Shown: in pieces, positions 61,030 to 64,000 of the stretch
Layout of the letters: the number at the start of each line of letters is the position of its first letter
How positions within the stretch are numbered: the first letter of the stretch is position 1
Source: a virus
Direction: 5' to 3' (one strand)
IMG/VR virus record: IMGVR_UViG_3300031993_000069
DNA length: 64,000 bases
Notes under the pieces: generated by a model
The model's database searches: none
What the model saw: only the letters and a program-made list of their open reading frames with translations
What the model was told of the DNA's origin: nothing
Position numbers and translations under genes: made by a program

Positions 61030-61292
61030 TGACTGATCAAGAAGTAATTGAATATATCAAAGCTCATTTAAGAGATTATGATAAAGCATTTGGCTCAAAC
61101 TCAACCTTAATTGGTTTTTGGGTTGAAAACAATCCAGAGCTTGAAGCTTGGGCTAAAGAAGTTGTTGAAGCCAATACTGGTAAAAAATTTACTAAGACAT
61201 TTTTAGATGACTTAGCTGAACCTGCAGAAGAAAGTATTAGCGAGTCTTTTGAAGAGGCTTATGAGGAATTAAATAAAACTTGGGAGGATTAA
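61029..61292 (+). CDS. hypothetical acidic protein (87 aa)
   Basis: Overlapping start (TAATG). Confidence 0.5.
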   Translation: MTDQEVIEYIKAHLRDYDKAFGSNSTLIGFWVENNPELEAWAKEVVEANTGKKFTKTFLDDLAEPAEESISESFEEAYEELNKTWED

Positions 61293-61293
61293 T

Positions 61294-62139
61294 ATGGCAT
61301 TAGCAGATAAGATTTTTAAAGAAGAAGTAAATAAACTTTTAACAGAAGGCTTTAATGATAAAGACTATGAAGTCAGACCTCATTGGCCAGATGGAACTCC
61401 AGCCCATACAATCAAAACCTTCTGTACAGTCAGACGTTATGATTTAAGCAAAGAATTCCCTGCATTAACACTTCGCACACAAGCGTTTAAAGGCGTCGTA
61501 AGAGAGCTTTTATGGATGTGGCAAAAGAAGTCTAATGTAGTTGATGAATTGGGCAAATCGGCAGCCATTTGGCGCGCCTGGGAGCGTCCTGATGGAACTA
61601 TCGGTAAGACATATGGTTATCAGTTAGGAAAGGTCTCACATTATTCTTATGGTGACTTAGATCAAGTTGATAATTTAATTTATTTATTAAAGAATAAACC
61701 AATGGACCGCAGAATGATTGTCACAATGTGGTGTCCACAAGATTTACACGATATGGCGCTTCCACCTTGTGTCTATGAGTCAATTTGGGACGTGACTGAT
61801 GGAAAGCTTAACTGCACATTAATTCAACGTTCTGGCGACCTTTTAGCAGCAGCATGTTCAGGTGGTTGGGATACAATGGAATATGCTATCTTAATGCATA
61901 TGCTTGCACAAGTCTGTGGTTACAAAGTTGGTGAATTAGTCCATATCGTTCATAACTTACATATTTATGACAGACATATGGAAGTTGTCAAAAAGGTTTG
62001 TGAAAACCCAGAATATGATGCTCCAACTCTTTGGATTAACCCAGAAGTAAAAGACTTCTATGCATTCACAGAAGATGACTTCAGATTAGATAATTATCAA
62101 TCAACAAAATTAACAGAAAAGTTTGAGGTAGCTGAGTAA
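61294..62139 (+). CDS. thyA: thymidylate synthase family protein (ThyA-like, divergent)
   Basis: DRRMIVTMWCPQDL...MALPPC...GKLNCTLIQRSGD aligns with ThyA R..I...WNP.DL...ALPPCH...L.C.LYQRS.D. The downstream segment (AAACSGGWDTMEY) differs from the canonical LGVPFNIASYALL. Confidence 0.7.
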   Translation: MALADKIFKEEVNKLLTEGFNDKDYEVRPHWPDGTPAHTIKTFCTVRRYDLSKEFPALTLRTQAFKGVVRELLWMWQKKSNVVDELGKSAAIWRAWERPDGTIGKTYGYQLGKVSHYSYGDLDQVDNLIYLLKNKPMDRRMIVTMWCPQDLHDMALPPCVYESIWDVTDGKLNCTLIQRSGDLLAAACSGGWDTMEYAILMHMLAQVCGYKVGELVHIVHNLHIYDRHMEVVKKVCENPEYDAPTLWINPEVKDFYAFTEDDFRLDNYQSTKLTEKFEVAE

Positions 62140-62564
62140 TGATGAAAGAACAAGAATATGAAAATATTAAAGGCATCGTGCATAGCGATTTCTTAGACAA
62201 ACCTGCTGTAAATACAATTTATTACGGACAACCAGACGAATATATCCAATGTCCGCATTGTGGTGAGTTAGCCAAACTTGACCCAGAAATCTTGACATCG
62301 CTTCCACCACAAAGAAGATATAGATGCTCACATTGTGGTCAAATTGGAACTATCTTCTGTCATGAAGCCCGAATTATTCTTGGCGATGAAAAAGGCTGGA
62401 AACCTTGGGACCAAATGCCTGAGCCAAAAGCTTTATATGGCACAAGGTGTATTATCTGCGGTGAAGAACATTCTATCAGCATTTTCCATGAAGGACCATT
62501 TGTCTGTGACAAATGTAAAAGAGCTGTTATGAAAATGCGTAAATTATTAGAGGAAGAAGAATAA
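62139..62564 (+). CDS. zinc-finger protein (141 aa)
   Basis: Two CxxC pairs twice (CPHCG...CSHCG and CIICG...CDKCK). Confidence 0.5.
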   Translation: MMKEQEYENIKGIVHSDFLDKPAVNTIYYGQPDEYIQCPHCGELAKLDPEILTSLPPQRRYRCSHCGQIGTIFCHEARIILGDEKGWKPWDQMPEPKALYGTRCIICGEEHSISIFHEGPFVCDKCKRAVMKMRKLLEEEE

Positions 62565-63103
62565 TGATTATTTCAATTGTTTGTTGTGCTAAAGATTATG
62601 GAATTGGCAAAGCAAATGGCTTGTTATTCGATATTCCAGAAGATATGATGCACTTTAGAAAAGAGACGACTGGAAAGATTTGCGTATTTGGCTATAATAC
62701 TTATATGTCTCTTCCAAAGAGACCGCTTAAAAATCGTATTAATGTAGTTCTTTGGGATAAAGCAACTTCAATGGATTGCTTACCAGGAGCTATTACATTC
62801 AATGATTTTAATGCCCTAATGAATTTTGTTAAAATCATGAGTAGCCAATATGATGTATATATTTCAGGCGGCGCTGGCGTGTACGCTGCGACATTGCCTT
62901 ATGTAGATTTAATTGATTTAACATTAGTTGATGCAGTTGACCCAGAGGCCACAGCATTCTTCCCAGACCCAATAAAAGCTGGCTTTGTTTGTAATATTGC
63001 AGGCAAGCCCCATAAAACTGATGGTGCTCTTGGTACCAATGGTTATACAATTCAAAAACAACTTTGGTCAAGACCTGCACCAGAAAGCGAGATGATTCTA
63101 TAA
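62564..63103 (+). CDS. folA: dihydrofolate reductase
   Basis: N-terminal MIISIVCCAKDYGIGKANGLLFDIPEDMMHFRKETTGKICVFGYNTY matches the DHFR MISLIAA...IG..N.LPW....D...FK..T.G..V.MGR.T core. Adjacent to the ThyA-like gene. Confidence 0.8.
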   Translation: MIISIVCCAKDYGIGKANGLLFDIPEDMMHFRKETTGKICVFGYNTYMSLPKRPLKNRINVVLWDKATSMDCLPGAITFNDFNALMNFVKIMSSQYDVYISGGAGVYAATLPYVDLIDLTLVDAVDPEATAFFPDPIKAGFVCNIAGKPHKTDGALGTNGYTIQKQLWSRPAPESEMIL

Positions 63104-63846
63104 TGGATAATTTTACAGATAATTTAATTGATGAATATGCTCACTCTGCTTTTTATAAACAATTAAAAACATTGCATGATAGTTTTATTTTACAAACTAT
63201 TGAGCAAGATGGAAATACTTATATTCCCCATGCTTTGGAGGCAGAGTTTTTTGATTTATTAGCTACAAGACGCAGTGAAATGTTATCTGAAGAATGTTTC
63301 GAATTAACAAAAGCAATTAATACTCTTGTTTATAACGTTTTAATAAATGTTATAGCAGGCGGTAAATCTGGTTTAGACGTTGGACAAAGTACTTATAATG
63401 CTTCAGTTACAGAGTATGGCTTACATACAAATTATGGCTGGGCATATTATGGTGGTGGTGAACTTGATCATGAATATCATCACACCGGTCAAGGTACCAA
63501 AGGTGCAGATTTTAAGTTAAATGAAGCTTTTGATATAGAAATTTATAATAAAGCTAAGCAAAAAGCAATGATTTTAACTATTCCTGCTGGCACCGAAATT
63601 GATGCTAAAGATTATATGACAACCAGCACCATGGATGTTGAATTAGGTAAAAATATTAATGGTAGTTTAGGACATTTCGGAAATTCATTGTTTATTCATA
63701 TAATTTCTAGTGACTCTTATTATCTAACAAAAAATATTGCTGGTGCTCAGCTTTATCCGGTATTAAATTTCAGTACCAGAACAGAGCGTAAGCAAGTAAA
63801 ATTAGGTGTAGATGAAGCTGGTATTTTAACTGTTTCTTATTATTAA
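63103..63846 (+). CDS. hypothetical protein (~247 aa)
   Basis: ATG at 63103 overlaps the DHFR stop (TAATGG). The track ORF starts earlier at 63064. Confidence 0.5.
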   Translation: MDNFTDNLIDEYAHSAFYKQLKTLHDSFILQTIEQDGNTYIPHALEAEFFDLLATRRSEMLSEECFELTKAINTLVYNVLINVIAGGKSGLDVGQSTYNASVTEYGLHTNYGWAYYGGGELDHEYHHTGQGTKGADFKLNEAFDIEIYNKAKQKAMILTIPAGTEIDAKDYMTTSTMDVELGKNINGSLGHFGNSLFIHIISSDSYYLTKNIAGAQLYPVLNFSTRTERKQVKLGVDEAGILTVSYY

Positions 63847-63847
63847 A

Positions 63848-64000
63848 ATGCAATTTTATATAAGTTATTTTCAACAATTACGAAACTTTGATAAAACGTT
63901 TATTCCAATTGACACCTCGGTTTGGGCACCAAAATGGCTTGATCCATCTAATGGTAAGCGCCAGTATGTTAATGATAATGGTGTTTTAATTGGTATTAAA
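63848..64000 (+). CDS. hypothetical protein, 5' partial (runs off window)
   Basis: ATG at 63848; open to the window end. Confidence 0.3.
   Translation, partial: MQFYISYFQQLRNFDKTFIPIDTSVWAPKWLDPSNGKRQYVNDNGVLIGIK

Overview
This window is an AT-rich (~33% GC) stretch of a large tailed-phage or prophage genome. All genes lie on the + strand. Host-type promoters (TTTACA-N17-TGTATAATAT) and a second recurring upstream motif (TTTGCTAAATTAAtTGATa) punctuate the window.

Gene layout:
- Positions 1-7200: early genes, including PhoH, a GIY-YIG homing endonuclease, an HslV-like peptidase and MazG-like proteins.
- Positions 7260-18700: an ~11.5 kb RNA-gene island with about 40 tRNA genes covering all 20 amino acids, a tmRNA, several promoter-driven ORF-free structured regions and a few tiny peptide ORFs.
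- Positions 18790-26670: a mid block with a SAM methyltransferase, a flotillin-like protein, a Thg1-like tRNA-His guanylyltransferase and small hypothetical proteins.
- Positions 26880-29340: an ER/archaeal-type (SipW-like) signal peptidase flanked by two proteins carrying TasA/camelysin-like SipW-cognate signal peptides.
- Positions 29350-32830: about 3 kb of GC-enriched, ORF-free sequence, likely one or more giant structured ncRNAs.
- Positions 34296-37607: two metallophosphoesterases, a membrane HExxH protein and a holin-like protein.
- Positions 38487-59976: a late structural block dominated by very large collagen-like (G-P-T-G repeat) tail-fibre genes in a duplicated cassette arrangement.
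- Positions 60200-63850: a nucleotide-metabolism block with a ThyA-family enzyme and DHFR.

The most notable observations:
- TGA is never used as an unambiguous terminator; the single gene ending at TGA, 18793..19602, would simply extend 3 aa to TAA. It occurs in-frame at least 16 times, in the homing endonuclease, the HslV-like gene, one mid gene and most tail-fibre genes, at positions where Trp fits. This indicates opal-to-Trp recoding.
- A Trp-like tRNA with a UCA anticodon and an unusual 25-nt extra arm (15090..15186) sits behind its own promoter and is the likely opal decoder.
- A conserved ~18-nt motif (GAGCCTRTRCTTATTTCT) recurs 14 times or more, almost always directly after tRNA 3' ends or promoters. 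At four loci it precedes a tRNA 3' half that is immediately followed by the complementary 5' half, a permuted/split tRNA-like arrangement.
- Four tRNAs carry A34 anticodons beyond Arg-ACG (Ala-AGC, Ser-AGA, Leu-AAG, Thr-AGU).
- Two class-I tRNAs carry Leu anticodons (TAG, CAA).
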